NCBI RefSeq assembly: GCF_001194135.2
Contig: NC_069003.1
Location: forward strand, 22,258,703-22,322,702
Reading direction: 5' to 3'
Length of the DNA stretch: 64,000 bases
From: Octopus bimaculoides
Lineage: Eukaryota
Part shown: positions 39,801 through 63,998 of the stretch, piece by piece
Layout of the letters: every line of letters begins with the position of its first letter
How positions within the stretch are numbered: position 1 is the first letter of the stretch
Notes under the pieces: generated by a model
What the model was told of the DNA's origin: nothing
The model's database searches: none
Seen by the model: the letters and a program-made list of their open reading frames with translations, nothing else
Made by a program: the position numbers and the translations under genes

Positions 39801-42663
39801 AAAGGTTGGTAACAGAAGTAAAAATCTTGCATCAAAACCCTCTCCCTCCCTCCCTCTCTCTGCCACATGACTCCTGCTTGCTTGGAAAATGGTCGTTAAA
39901 ACAAACATCTGCCTGGTATTCTTTTTTTACTTATTTTCATTTCACTCTTGATCTTATACCCACCCCCACTATCTTTTTTCGTCTTTCTTCTCTTTCCAGA
40001 GATATGTATGTGGCCGTAATCCCAATGTTCTCAAATGGAAACCAGCAACCATGAATTCTGTTGATTTCCGACTTGATATTCGTAAAGTAGAAAAACAAGG
40101 GTAAGTATTTTTAATATCATTTTCTGTTTTTCTTTTTCTATAGTTTTATATTTTCTTTCCTTCAAAGAATAGCAGCATGCCGGTTTTTGGAGGGGGTCGA
40201 TGTAATTGATTAACCCCTACCCTAAAAACTTGCAGGTTTTGTGTCTATAGGTGTGGGCATGGCTGTGTGGTAAGAAACTTGCTTCCCAACTACATGGTTC
40301 TGGGTTCAGTCCCACTTCATGGCACCTTGGGCAAGTGTCTTCTACTATAGCCTCGGACTGACCAAAGCCTTGTGAGTGGATTTGGTAGATAGAAAATGAA
40401 AGAAGCCCATTGTGTATGTATGTATATATATAAAAAATACAAATGATATATAAGCATATGCATATATGCATACATATATGTACATACCTACATCTACATG
40501 TATATATAGATGCATATTCGGGTACAGGACATTAGACAAATGAACGGGAGCATAAAAACAAAATGGACTTTGTTTACAGACAACAGAACGAACACATAGG
40601 AAAACAAACAAGCCACTTGGAATTAATCCTTCATCAGCGGCCTCTATTCTAAAACCAAGCGTTTCGAAGATAGGGCAGGACACACTCTTAGAATAGTTTC
40701 TTCCTGAGTAGTGGATTAACCCACTAAACAGAGGAATCCAAGGTGGCAAACACAAACCAAGACAGGGAAAATTGGACAGTGAAAACAACATTAAAAAGCT
40801 GTACGGCCAAACGCGATGGGATATTGAACGCTAATGAAATGACGAAGCTGGACGGAGAAATAGTAGCTACGTCTCGCCTTTTAGCTGGCTGGAGTGAGAA
40901 AGAGAGAAGTGACCAGAGGTCACATGTGAGCAGAGAGTAGTGGTAGAGGGAGGAAGTGGGACAAGAGACAGGGGAAGAGGAAGAGAGAGATATGTATAGC
41001 AGTAAAGGGTAGAGGCAAGGACAGCAGAAGGAAGCAGAGTGGGAGAAGAAGATAGATAGGTATAGATAGATAGATAGAAAGAAGAGTTATCTATCTACCC
41101 CAACTGGAAAGAGAGATGAAAATAGTGGCAATGAGGTGTCTGGACATACCCTCAAAGTACAAGAAAGTGAATGTAAGAGAGAATAGGGACAGAAGATGTG
41201 AAAGGGTGGGTGGAGTAAGTAGGTAGTTTGGTGAGCTGTTATATCAACTGGGTTCCATATGATCCTTGGGATGGGGGTCCACATAAGATTTTGTTGTTAA
41301 AATTTATCTGCAATAAATTGGTTATACTTCTACAATACACAAAGTATTTTGACAAATCTCCTTTCTCGTTACAGAATGTTACCTGAAACAAAAGGTTACC
41401 TGTTTGTTGGACACCAAGACAATCCATTTGCAGAAATGAAGGTTGGTATTGGTAGTATTATTTTTTTGAGCTCTTTATGTATAAAACCACTCCTCTCCTC
41501 ACTCTGCATTGTAATTAAAAGATAACCAAACTGTTATTCGTCTCCATCTACCTACTAACCCTCATCTTGCAAATTTGATGTCAAATAGCAATTTTTTTTT
41601 TTTCATATTTTTTCCTTAGTTCTTTAGTTGTTTGTTTTACCCATTGATTCCAAGACCATACTGGAGCACTGCCTTTGAATTCAAGAAATTAAAAAAAAAA
41701 TTTCTCTCATGCAGGTGAACAGAGAGATGAAAGAACTCAATAACAAAATTATTGAATGTACATGGGATGATGAAAAATCTTGTTGGAAGTTTCTACGGCA
41801 ACGAACTGACAAATCTTTCCCCAATAGCTACGATACAGCTTTGGGTAAGTGTTGGCTTTAGTTTTCTTGTTTCATCAGTGATTGTGGGGTTTCTTCATTC
41901 TCTTCAGTTTTAGTTTCTAGTCTACAGCCCATTCTGGAGCTCTGCCTATAAGTGATTTTTATCCAATTTCATCAAAACCCCTTCCCCCAGTACTTTGGCC
42001 ATGAATTATGTCTTGTTTCATCAATTTCTTTTTATTGTATAATGATGTTCACTTAAAGAGATATGTCCTCTTAACAGAGTTTACTCCGTTGAGAAATGTT
42101 AGCAGTATATCCTTTTATAAAAGTTATTTACACAGTGTCGTCATCATCCTCATTGTTTTAACATCTACATTTCGATGCTTACATGACTCAGATGGAATTC
42201 ATTCTGCAGCCAGTTGCTTTCCTGTTGCCAACCTTTACTTGTTTAGGTTTAAAAAGGATAAAGATCCTTCCTGACTCATATAGACTCATAGGATTAGTTT
42301 CCCAGTCTCCATGGCGTGTATATTCCCTTCGGGATAGGATGCCAGTCCATCACAGGATTACTCATTTTTACCAGCTGAGTGGACTGGAGCAACGTGAAAT
42401 GAAATGTTTTGCTCAGGAACACAATGTGTCGCCCAATCCAGGAATCAAAACCACAACCTTGAAATCACGAGACCAATACATTGACCACTTAGCCATGTGC
42501 TTCCACCTTACTTATAACTTGTATGGCTATTGTATAATGTCAAGCAAGGGAAGAACAAATACACATACATACACATAACAATAGGTTTCTTTCAGTTTCT
42601 ATCAAATCTGCCCATATAACAACTCCACAAACACACCCACAGACAATTTTCCACATATGTAGT

Positions 42664-42701
<38 letters not shown>

Positions 42702-43388
42702 ATAATTAAGGGATCAGCAACAGTTGCTTCACCACATACCGAAGTTCAGAAATAGCAGCTAAAGTGCTGAAACTCCAACAGATAGCAATACTTGTAACTT
42801 TAGCTGCTATTTCTGAACTTCGGTATGTGGTGAAGCAACTGTTGCTGATCCCTTAATTATGTTTATAAATGTATAAGAACTTTTAAATAAGTTCTTCACC
42901 GATAATGGTGTTTACATACCGAAGGGCTTGGTAAAAATTATTAATTATTAATTTATTAATAAATTGATAATCCTTTACCCTTTTATTTGTAATATATATA
43001 TATATATCAAAGTGTGCAGTAATGTATATCTATTATGACTGATCTTACCAATTGGCTTTTCACGAGGTTCATTGGGATGTTAAATAGCAGCTTGATTTTA
43101 CCCAAAACCAGGAACTTTTCAGCACCAGCACCCCTCATAAATACTAAATATATGATTTTTTCCCTTCTTTTCCTGTTTTCTTTTCTTCATCTCTTATTCA
43201 TCCATCTCTTTCTGCCTGTTTCTCTAGGTGTGTGTAACAGCATCAGACATCCTGTCACCAAGGAGATTCTTCTGGACATTGTGGAGCGGAAGAGGTCAAT
43301 GCCACCAATGGGCAGTGGCGGTGGTGGCGGCAGCCGGGACCAGGAATTAATGCCGCCTCCTTCCAAGAAACGAGCGACATTTTGCTAA
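13955..43388 (+). CDS. RNGTT: mRNA capping enzyme (RNA 5'-triphosphatase + guanylyltransferase), complete, 18 coding exons, 607 aa
   Basis: Join 13955-14024,15124-15233,17068-17171,19772-19860,22254-22329,23165-23195,23827-23935,26605-26729,28990-29093,30544-30645,33646-33781,35347-35418,37066-37230,38394-38465,40000-40100,41375-41441,41715-41844,43228-43388 = 1824 nt, open frame, all GT-AG. Motifs [42 protein letters not shown] match the metazoan capping enzyme. Confidence 0.97.
14600..14727. mobile_element. 128-bp Tc1/mariner-type MITE (single-core form of 5359-5656)
   Basis: cagggtgtcc...gtggacacactg termini with TA flanks. Confidence 0.85.
15124..15233 (+). CDS. RNGTT: RNGTT exon 2 ([37 protein letters not shown])
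   Basis: ttttcag acceptor, GTAAGT donor, 110 nt. Confidence 0.95.
15620..15951 (+). mobile_element. SINE family B1 inserted in a piggyBac-type MITE
   Basis: Copy of 4830-5157; flanked by aacccttttgtc / aacctttttgtc (probable TSD). Confidence 0.85.
17068..17171 (+). CDS. RNGTT: RNGTT exon 3 ([35 protein letters not shown])
   Basis: DLTNTxRFY motif; acacag acceptor, GTAATA donor, 104 nt. Confidence 0.95.
17585..18011 (-). mobile_element. SINE family A, antisense, expanded CA/TA core
   Basis: Reverse complement of the body of 28453-28943. Confidence 0.85.
18595..18802. mobile_element. MITE with ~30-bp TIRs
   Basis: cagagtctgccaaagaaatgtatacacact / agtgtgtatacattttttttaacagactct. Confidence 0.7.
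19280..19515. mobile_element. Tc1/mariner-type MITE
   Basis: cagggttggccaa...gtaaatcaaaa / ttttgatttac...ttggccaaccctg, TA flanks. Confidence 0.85.
19772..19860 (+). CDS. RNGTT: RNGTT exon 4 ([30 protein letters not shown])
   Basis: ttttactcag acceptor, GTAAGT donor, 89 nt. Confidence 0.95.
20634..21000 (-). mobile_element. SINE family A, antisense, near full length
   Basis: Body plus tRNA-like head in reverse orientation. Confidence 0.85.
21844..22166. mobile_element. hAT-type MITE
   Basis: cagtggtttgcaa / ttgagaaccactg termini; 8-bp flanks ttctaaat / atctaaac (6/8 match). Confidence 0.75.
22254..22329 (+). CDS. RNGTT: RNGTT exon 5, triphosphatase active site ([26 protein letters not shown])
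   Basis: HCxxxxxRT P-loop; tttag acceptor, GTAGGT donor, 76 nt. Confidence 0.97.
23165..23195 (+). CDS. RNGTT: RNGTT exon 6, 31-nt microexon ([10 protein letters not shown])
   Basis: tatttccag acceptor, GTAAGT donor; required to restore frame between exons 5 and 7; aligns to IEAAVATFAQ of vertebrate RNGTT (from memory). Confidence 0.9.
23827..23935 (+). CDS. RNGTT: RNGTT exon 7 ([36 protein letters not shown])
   Basis: RxPGIYK..Y and LPEWC motifs; tttcag / GTAAGT; 109 nt. Confidence 0.95.
24278..24640 (-). mobile_element. RTE LINE 3' UTR fragment with (GAT)n tail (family D)
   Basis: (cat)n cgtttaacgtccgctttccatgctagc...; same sequence follows the RTE ORF2 remnant at 47510-48452. Confidence 0.8.
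25020..25450 (-). mobile_element. Degenerate RTE LINE ORF2 C-terminal fragment
   Basis: Reverse complement resembles 47600-48000 ([14 protein letters not shown]-like). Confidence 0.75.
26605..26729 (+). CDS. RNGTT: RNGTT exon 8, acidic interdomain linker ([42 protein letters not shown])
   Basis: actcag acceptor, GTATCT donor; phases 1 to 0 fit the neighbours; acidic then basic linker as in orthologs. Confidence 0.88.
26739..27322 (+). repeat. Compound (ACT/ACC/ATC)n trinucleotide tract with higher-order units
   Basis: Begins 9 nt into RNGTT intron 8; ccactattacctatactactactgc unit recurs; ends in a gap. Confidence 0.9.
28453..28943 (+). mobile_element. SINE family A, full length
   Basis: Head ggagtggctgtgtgg, internal (TA)n, body, tail aagtaaaagagtaagag ending ~46 nt before RNGTT exon 9. 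Confidence 0.9.
28990..29093 (+). CDS. RNGTT: RNGTT exon 9 ([34 protein letters not shown])
   Basis: FMEGV and KCQxxCGW motifs; tttcag / GTAAGT; 104 nt. Confidence 0.95.
29275..29815 (+). mobile_element. RTE 3' UTR (family D) inserted into a piggyBac-type MITE (29205-29965)
   Basis: (gat)n tail; atacatg on both sides; host MITE resumes after the tail and matches 48905-49120 in reverse. Confidence 0.75.
30544..30645 (+). CDS. RNGTT: RNGTT exon 10, GTase motif I ([34 protein letters not shown])
   Basis: KxDG nucleotidylation motif; cttcag / GTCAGT; 102 nt. Confidence 0.97.
33646..33781 (+). CDS. RNGTT: RNGTT exon 11 ([45 protein letters not shown])
   Basis: MIDRDN and TLLDG motifs; ttcag / GTAAGT; 136 nt. 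Confidence 0.96.
33999..34837 (-). mobile_element. Internally deleted mariner transposon (transposase C-terminal remnant)
   Basis: ORF 34109-34489(-) contains [19 protein letters not shown] (mariner YSPDLAP motif); TA flanks; right TIR ggaactttttaataccacctca. Confidence 0.88.
35347..35418 (+). CDS. RNGTT: RNGTT exon 12 ([24 protein letters not shown])
   Basis: PRYLVYDI motif IIIa; ttccag / GTAAGG; 72 nt. Confidence 0.96.
37066..37230 (+). CDS. RNGTT: RNGTT exon 13 ([24 protein letters not shown]...[18 protein letters not shown])
   Basis: EPFSVR motif; tttcag / GTGCGT; 165 nt. Confidence 0.96.
38394..38465 (+). CDS. RNGTT: RNGTT exon 14 ([24 protein letters not shown])
   Basis: motif IV DGLIF; tttcag / GTAGGT; 72 nt. 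Confidence 0.96.
40000..40100 (+). CDS. RNGTT: RNGTT exon 15 ([34 protein letters not shown])
   Basis: motif V LKWKP..NSVDF; ttccag / GTAAGT; 101 nt. Confidence 0.96.
40440..41000 (-). mobile_element. Dispersed repeat, possibly Penelope-like pLTR-derived
   Basis: Related sequence at 30840-30931 and 62416-62510; carries CTGATGA and GAAAC elements on -; the class assignment is inference. Confidence 0.45.
41375..41441 (+). CDS. RNGTT: RNGTT exon 16 ([22 protein letters not shown])
   Basis: LFVG..PFA motif; ttacag / GTTGGT; 67 nt. Confidence 0.93.
41715..41844 (+). CDS. RNGTT: RNGTT exon 17 ([44 protein letters not shown])
   Basis: motif [12 protein letters not shown]; atgcag / GTAAGT; 130 nt. 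Confidence 0.97.
42695..42867. repeat. Perfect 71-bp inverted repeat with 31-nt loop
   Basis: 42695-42765 is the exact reverse complement of 42797-42867. Confidence 0.95.
43228..43388 (+). CDS. RNGTT: RNGTT terminal coding exon ([52 protein letters not shown])
   Basis: VCNSI..PVTKE and ELMPPP.KR (NLS-like) motifs; ctctag acceptor; TAA ends at 43388. Confidence 0.96.
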
Positions 43389-43614
43389 CAATTCCCTTCC
43401 CAACACCAACCAACAGTTTATTCAACCATCCACCCATCCATTCATTCAAGCCATCCCCAACATCCCCTCCCATCAGTATAGGCAGGCCCTTCTCTTTCTC
43501 TCTCTCTCTCTCTCTCCTTTTATTTTAAAAAATTTTTAGACTTTTAATAATTTCAGGCCTTGTGCCTATATCATCATCATCATCATCATCATCACATTAT
43601 TATTATTGTTGTTA

Positions 43615-43827
43615 TTAAGGCAATGGGCTGACAATTGTTAGCATCCCAGGGAAAGACTTAGTGGCATTTCATCCATCGCTACGTTCTAAGTTCAAATTCT
43701 GCTGGGGTCGACTTTGCCTTTCATCCTTTCAGGGTCGATGAAACAAGTACCAGTTGCGCACTGGGGTCTGTGTAATCGACTATCTCCCGCTCCCAAAATT
43801 TCAGGCTTTGTGCCTATAGTGAAAAGG

Positions 43828-43866
<39 letters not shown>

Positions 43867-43926
43867 GTGGTGAGCTGGCAGAATTGTTAGTATGCCAGAC
43901 AAAATGCTTAGCATTTAGTAGAAAGG

Positions 43927-43962
<36 letters not shown>

Positions 43963-44975
43963 TATTAAGGTGGCAAGTTGGCAAAATCATTAAAACATTG
44001 AACAAAATGCTTGGAGGTATTTCTTCTGCTTCTTGGACTTGTGCCAAAATTAGAGGTTGTTGTCATTATTATTATTATTATTGGGATGGAAGATTCATTA
44101 GAACGTTGGACAAAATACTTTGTGCTGTTTGCTCCAGCTCTTTATATTCTGTGTTCAAGTCCTGCTGTGGTCAACTTTGCCTCTCATCCTATCAGGGTCG
44201 ATGAAATAAAGTACCGGTCAAGTAGTGAGATTGATGTAATCAGCTAACCTCATCTCGCTAAAAACTTGCTGGCTTTGTGCCAAAATTTGAAACCATTATT
44301 ATTATTATTATTATTATTATTAAGGTTGTTAGCTGGCAGAATCATTAGCACACCAGGTGAAATGCTTAGTGGTATTTCATCTGTTGCTGCATTCTGGGTT
44401 CAAATTCCACCGAAGTCGACTTTGCCTTTCATCCTTTCGGGTTTGATTAAATAAGTACCAGTTATGCACTGGGGTCAATCTAATCGACTTAGTCCCTTCC
44501 CCCAAAATTTGAGGCCTTGTGCTTCCAGTAGAAAGAATAATTATTATCATTAAGGTTATTAGCTGGCAGAATCGTTAGCATGCCAGGCGAAATGCTTAGT
44601 GGTACTTCATCTGTTGCTATGTTCTGAGTTCAAATTCCACTGAGGCCGATTTTGCCCTCCTTCTTTTTGAGGTCATTAAAACAAGTACCAGTTTCCCCAT
44701 CCCCCAAAATTTCAGGCCTTGTTCCTATAGTAGAAAGGACTATCATTATTATTATTATTATTAAAGCTGTCAGCTGGCAGAATTGTTAGCAGACCAGGCG
44801 AAATGCTTAGCAGCCAGCATTTCGTCCATCTTTACGTTCTGAGTTCAAATTCCACTGTGGTCAACTTATCCTTTCATCCTTTCTGGGTCAATAAAATAAG
44901 GACTAGTTGAGAGCTAGTGTCACTGTAATTAAACTCTCTTCCAAATTTGCTGGCCTTGTGCCAAAACTTGAAACC
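43615..44975 (+). repeat. Head-to-tail cluster of ~7 SINE family C copies separated by (ATT)n
   Basis: gctggcagaat.gttagca...ctgagttcaaattc...ctttcatcctttc...ccaaaattt units near 43620, 43870, 43970, 44090, 44325, 44555, 44765. Confidence 0.85.
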
Positions 44976-46422
44976 ATTATCATCATCATCATCTCCATCA
45001 CCATCATCAACATCATTAACATCATTATTATTATTATTATTAATATTATTATTATTATTATTATTGGCCTAGGTGAAGGTTTATTGTCGCTTTTTGACTA
45101 TTCCTTCTCTTCTTGTTGTCTCCTCCCCAATACCCAAGCCCCATGCTTACATTTCCATTCACACACTTCCACTAAATGAAAGAACACAGACATGCATTCC
45201 CATGCATGCACGTATGAAGCAGATAATTAATTCACAACATGGTCAGGCAGAGTTACTTGGTATGGGCATTCCTTGAGGTGACGAATAGACAAATGAATTT
45301 TGTCAATATGTTGTTTGTTTGGTTTTTTTTTTTGGTTTTTTTTTTACACTTGAAAGATTAATCTGTAGTGAGAAACTCTGAGTATCAAAATCAGAAATAA
45401 TCAGCTTCAGGTGAATAAATAAACTCTATTACATGTATTGCATGTATTGAGTACTTCTTTTATTTGCACATCCAAACGTGTGTGTATGTGTGTATTTCAA
45501 CATGTGGAACCATTAATCCCAACACATTTTTGTTTTTACTCTCTCTGTTTTTTCCTCATTCCTTTCTATCAAAGAGCAAAGGTTCAAAATAACAAAGATT
45601 TTTTCCATTTTTCCCAAGCATCAAACTAATACGCCTGCTTGTTGTTCTTTCACATGTCTCTGTCTTTTGTTTTCTGTACATTTGAACCATATCGTTCAAC
45701 TACGGTAGTAGTTGAATAATATTCTTAAGGCTGCAATTTACTCACATGCAACATCTTTCAGAGCTTGTTGCTAATTCAGTTCTTAAGCAAATAGAAAAAC
45801 CGTTAACATTTTTGAAGAGGACTGGTCCCTAGCTACATTTTGACATAAAAATTGAGATTTGATCCAGTAGAAAAAAGTTTACATCAAAGCTTGTAGCGAT
45901 GTTATAGGGGAGTAAGTAACACCACCAATCAAGTTTAGATCTAAATAACTTTTTTTATTTTAAAAGCAAAATATATTTGTCTTAGCTTCAATGATAGAAG
46001 AAAGCATGAAGAATTTCGTAGTTTTGGTCCCATTCAACAAAAATTTGTTTCAAAAAAGTTGTGTGGTAAAATATCATGAAAAAAATATAGGTAAAGCAAA
46101 AAAATTGAATCTAAATATAATTAACATTTTTATTTTAAAAACAAACTATATTTTGATAAAGCTTAAATGATAGGGCTCAATTCTAGGAATTTCATGGTAT
46201 CACTCTCATGCAATGAAGTTTTAAATGAAAAAAGTTACGAATCTTTGTTTCTCAAATTTGAGGGAGATAATATAGTTCTATACTTTTTTATGAATATAGT
46301 TCTAGGGGACTTTTGATATATGTCACTGGCATCATTAAGGTAAGGAAAAAATTATCAACGATACTGCTAATTGACACATTTGACACATTATTAATTAGCA
46401 CAATAGCATAGCCTGGAAAGAA

Positions 46423-46865
46423 TATGGATTACATGGAAAAATACGAGCAAGAGAAATAATATTCTTAAGATTATAAACCTGGAAAATTACAGAAGTTATT
46501 ACACTTGGAAAAGTTCAGGACAGCTTATTACATCTGGTAAAGTACAGAACAAGAAAATTTTTACTTAAACTGCTGTACCTAAGGATGAAATATTTTGAGT
46601 TATTTTTTATTTTTGATAGAAGTATCATCTTGTAGTAAAGTTTTTAGTTTTAATAAAAGCTAATATTTTCTAAATCTAAATATTTTATTTGAAATTTTAT
46701 CCTTAGCTGCGATATTTTAAGTAAGAATTTTCTTGTTCTGTACTTTATCAGATGTAATAACTTGTCCTGAACTTTCCCAAGTGTAAAAACTTGTCCTGTA
46801 ATTTTCCAGATTTATAATCTTGAGAATATTATTTCTCTTGCTTGCATTTTTCCATGTAATACATA
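46423..46865. mobile_element. Foldback/MITE with ~165-bp imperfect inverted arms
   Basis: attacatggaaaaata.gagcaagagaaataatattct.aagattataaa.ctggaaaattac (from 46428) is mirrored at ~46697-46860. Confidence 0.85.
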
Positions 46866-47229
46866 TATATATATATATATATATATAAGAAGTGAAAAAG
46901 ATTAATCATCATCATCATTGTTTAATGTCCGCTTTCCATGCTAGCATGGGTTGGACGATTTGACTGAGGACTGGTGAACCAGATGGCTACACCAGGCTCC
47001 AATCTGGTTTGGCAGAGTTTCTTCAGCTGGATGCCCTTCCTAACGCCAACCACTCCAAGAGTGTAGTGGGTGCTTTTACGTGTCACCCGCACAAAGGCCA
47101 GTCAGGCGGTACTGGCAATGGCCACGCTCAACTATAAGCCAAAAGAATTAATAGCAGATAATATTTCTCCTGGCTCTTCTGAGTTCAACTTTACTTTTCA
47201 TCCTTTCCAAGTTGATGGATGATAAAATA

Positions 47230-47294
47230 CAGTACCGGTTGATGTTGACAATGAACAATTGAAAGCAATTGTTGAACAAAACCCATGTCAAAGT
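47230..47294 (+). mobile_element. Mariner transposase fragment cut by a gap
   Basis: Translates DVDNEQLKAIVEQNPCQS, like the mariner HTH linker. Confidence 0.55.
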
Positions 47295-47509
47295 NNNNNN
47301 NNNNNNNNNNNNNNNNNNNNNNNNNNNNNNNNNNNNNNNNNNNNNNNNNNNNNNNNNNNNNNNNNNNNNNNNNNNNNNNNNNNNNNNNNNNNNNGAAAAG
47401 ATAAAAAGTTGATAAGGACAAAAATAGTAAATTTACTTTATACATTGCAAATTAATGAATTCTCTGTGCCTGATGAGATCTCATTCTATTTTAATAACCA
47501 CAAGATAGC

Positions 47510-48452
47510 TTCCATTATCTAGATGACCAAGTTAGTAGCGGAGATGGATGCTCTGAGAGTGTAGCTGTGAAAATAAGATTAGGCTGGGCAAAGTTCAGAG
47601 AGCTCCTACCTCTGCTGGCAACAAAGGGTCTCTCCTCAAAGTGAAAAGCAGATTGTATGACGCCTGTGTGTGAACAGCTATGCTACATGGCAGTGAAACA
47701 TGGGCTGTGACAGCTGAGGACATGCATAGGCTTGAAAGAAACGAAGCCAGTAGGCTTTGCTGGATGTGCAATGTCAGTGTGCATGTTCGACAAAGTGTAA
47801 GCATCTTGAGAGAAAAGTTAGGCATATGAGGCGTCAGATGTGGTGTGCAAGAGAGATGACTGCACTGGTATGGTCATGTGATGCATATGGATGAGGACAG
47901 CTGTGTAAAGATGTGCCGAACTCTAACTGTTGGGGGAACCTGTGGTAGAGGTAGAGCCAAGAAGACATGCAACGAGGTGGTGAAGCATGAACCTTGGGCC
48001 TCACACTGGCAATGACTAGTGACTGAGACCTTTGACGATACGCAGTGCTTTAAAATACCCGTCAAGCCAATTTATGGCTGATGCTGGTGTCATGTAAAAT
48101 GCACTTTTGAAGTGTTGGGCCTCACAGAGGAAAGTGGCTGATCTCCTTTTGACTGTTGGGCCTCACGGACGTAATGACCAAGACCTTTGGCATTACGTCA
48201 TGCTTGAGAAGAAGACCCATCAAGCTGAGCAAAATCACAGTCGTGGCAGATACCAGTGTCACACAAATGGCACCTGTGCTAGTGGCACGTAAAAGCACCC
48301 ATTACACTCTCGGAGTGGTTGGCTTTAGGAAGAGCATCCAGCCGTAGAAACCATGCCAAATCAGACTGGAGTCTGGTGCAGCCTTCCAACTTGCCAGCCT
48401 TGGTCAAACCATCCAACCCATGCCAGCATGGACAATGGATGTATGATGATGA
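47510..48452 (+). mobile_element. RTE-clade LINE 3' end (decayed ORF2 + 3' UTR + GAT tail)
   Basis: IRLGWAKFRELLPLL..K.RLYDACV..MLHGSETWAVT..RLERNE..LHWYGHV with stops and frameshifts. Confidence 0.9.
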
Positions 48453-48643
48453 CATGTGTGTGTGAAGAGGCATCAAAACAATGTATATGTTCCTGTCTCA
48501 TGTCTCTGGGTGTTTATATTTCACCTATTGACATTTACAAGTCAAGTAATTCTGTTGAATATTTGTTTATTTCACCTGTTGCTCCCATTAATTATAATTT
48601 TTATTTTCACCTGACACAGATAGGACTGTTTGATTTGACTCAC

Positions 48644-63998
<15,355 letters not shown>

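Noticed and set aside
42880-42935. Hammerhead-like ccgataa-tggt...acc-gaag next to the perfect hairpin
   Set aside because: At least four departures from the CUGANGA/GAAAC core; too degenerate to call, although it may hint at a Penelope-like origin of the hairpin.
45820-46270. Two degenerate direct repeats (tttttattttaaaa.caaa.tatattt...agctt.aatgatag...gaatttc)
   Set aside because: Probably subterminal repeats of an old DNA transposon, but I could not define termini or a TSD, so it is not called as a feature.
47595-48065. Minus-strand ORFs here and at 52240-52645 that resemble each other
   Set aside because: Antisense frames of decayed RTE LINE copies, not host genes or the missing DHX16 exon.
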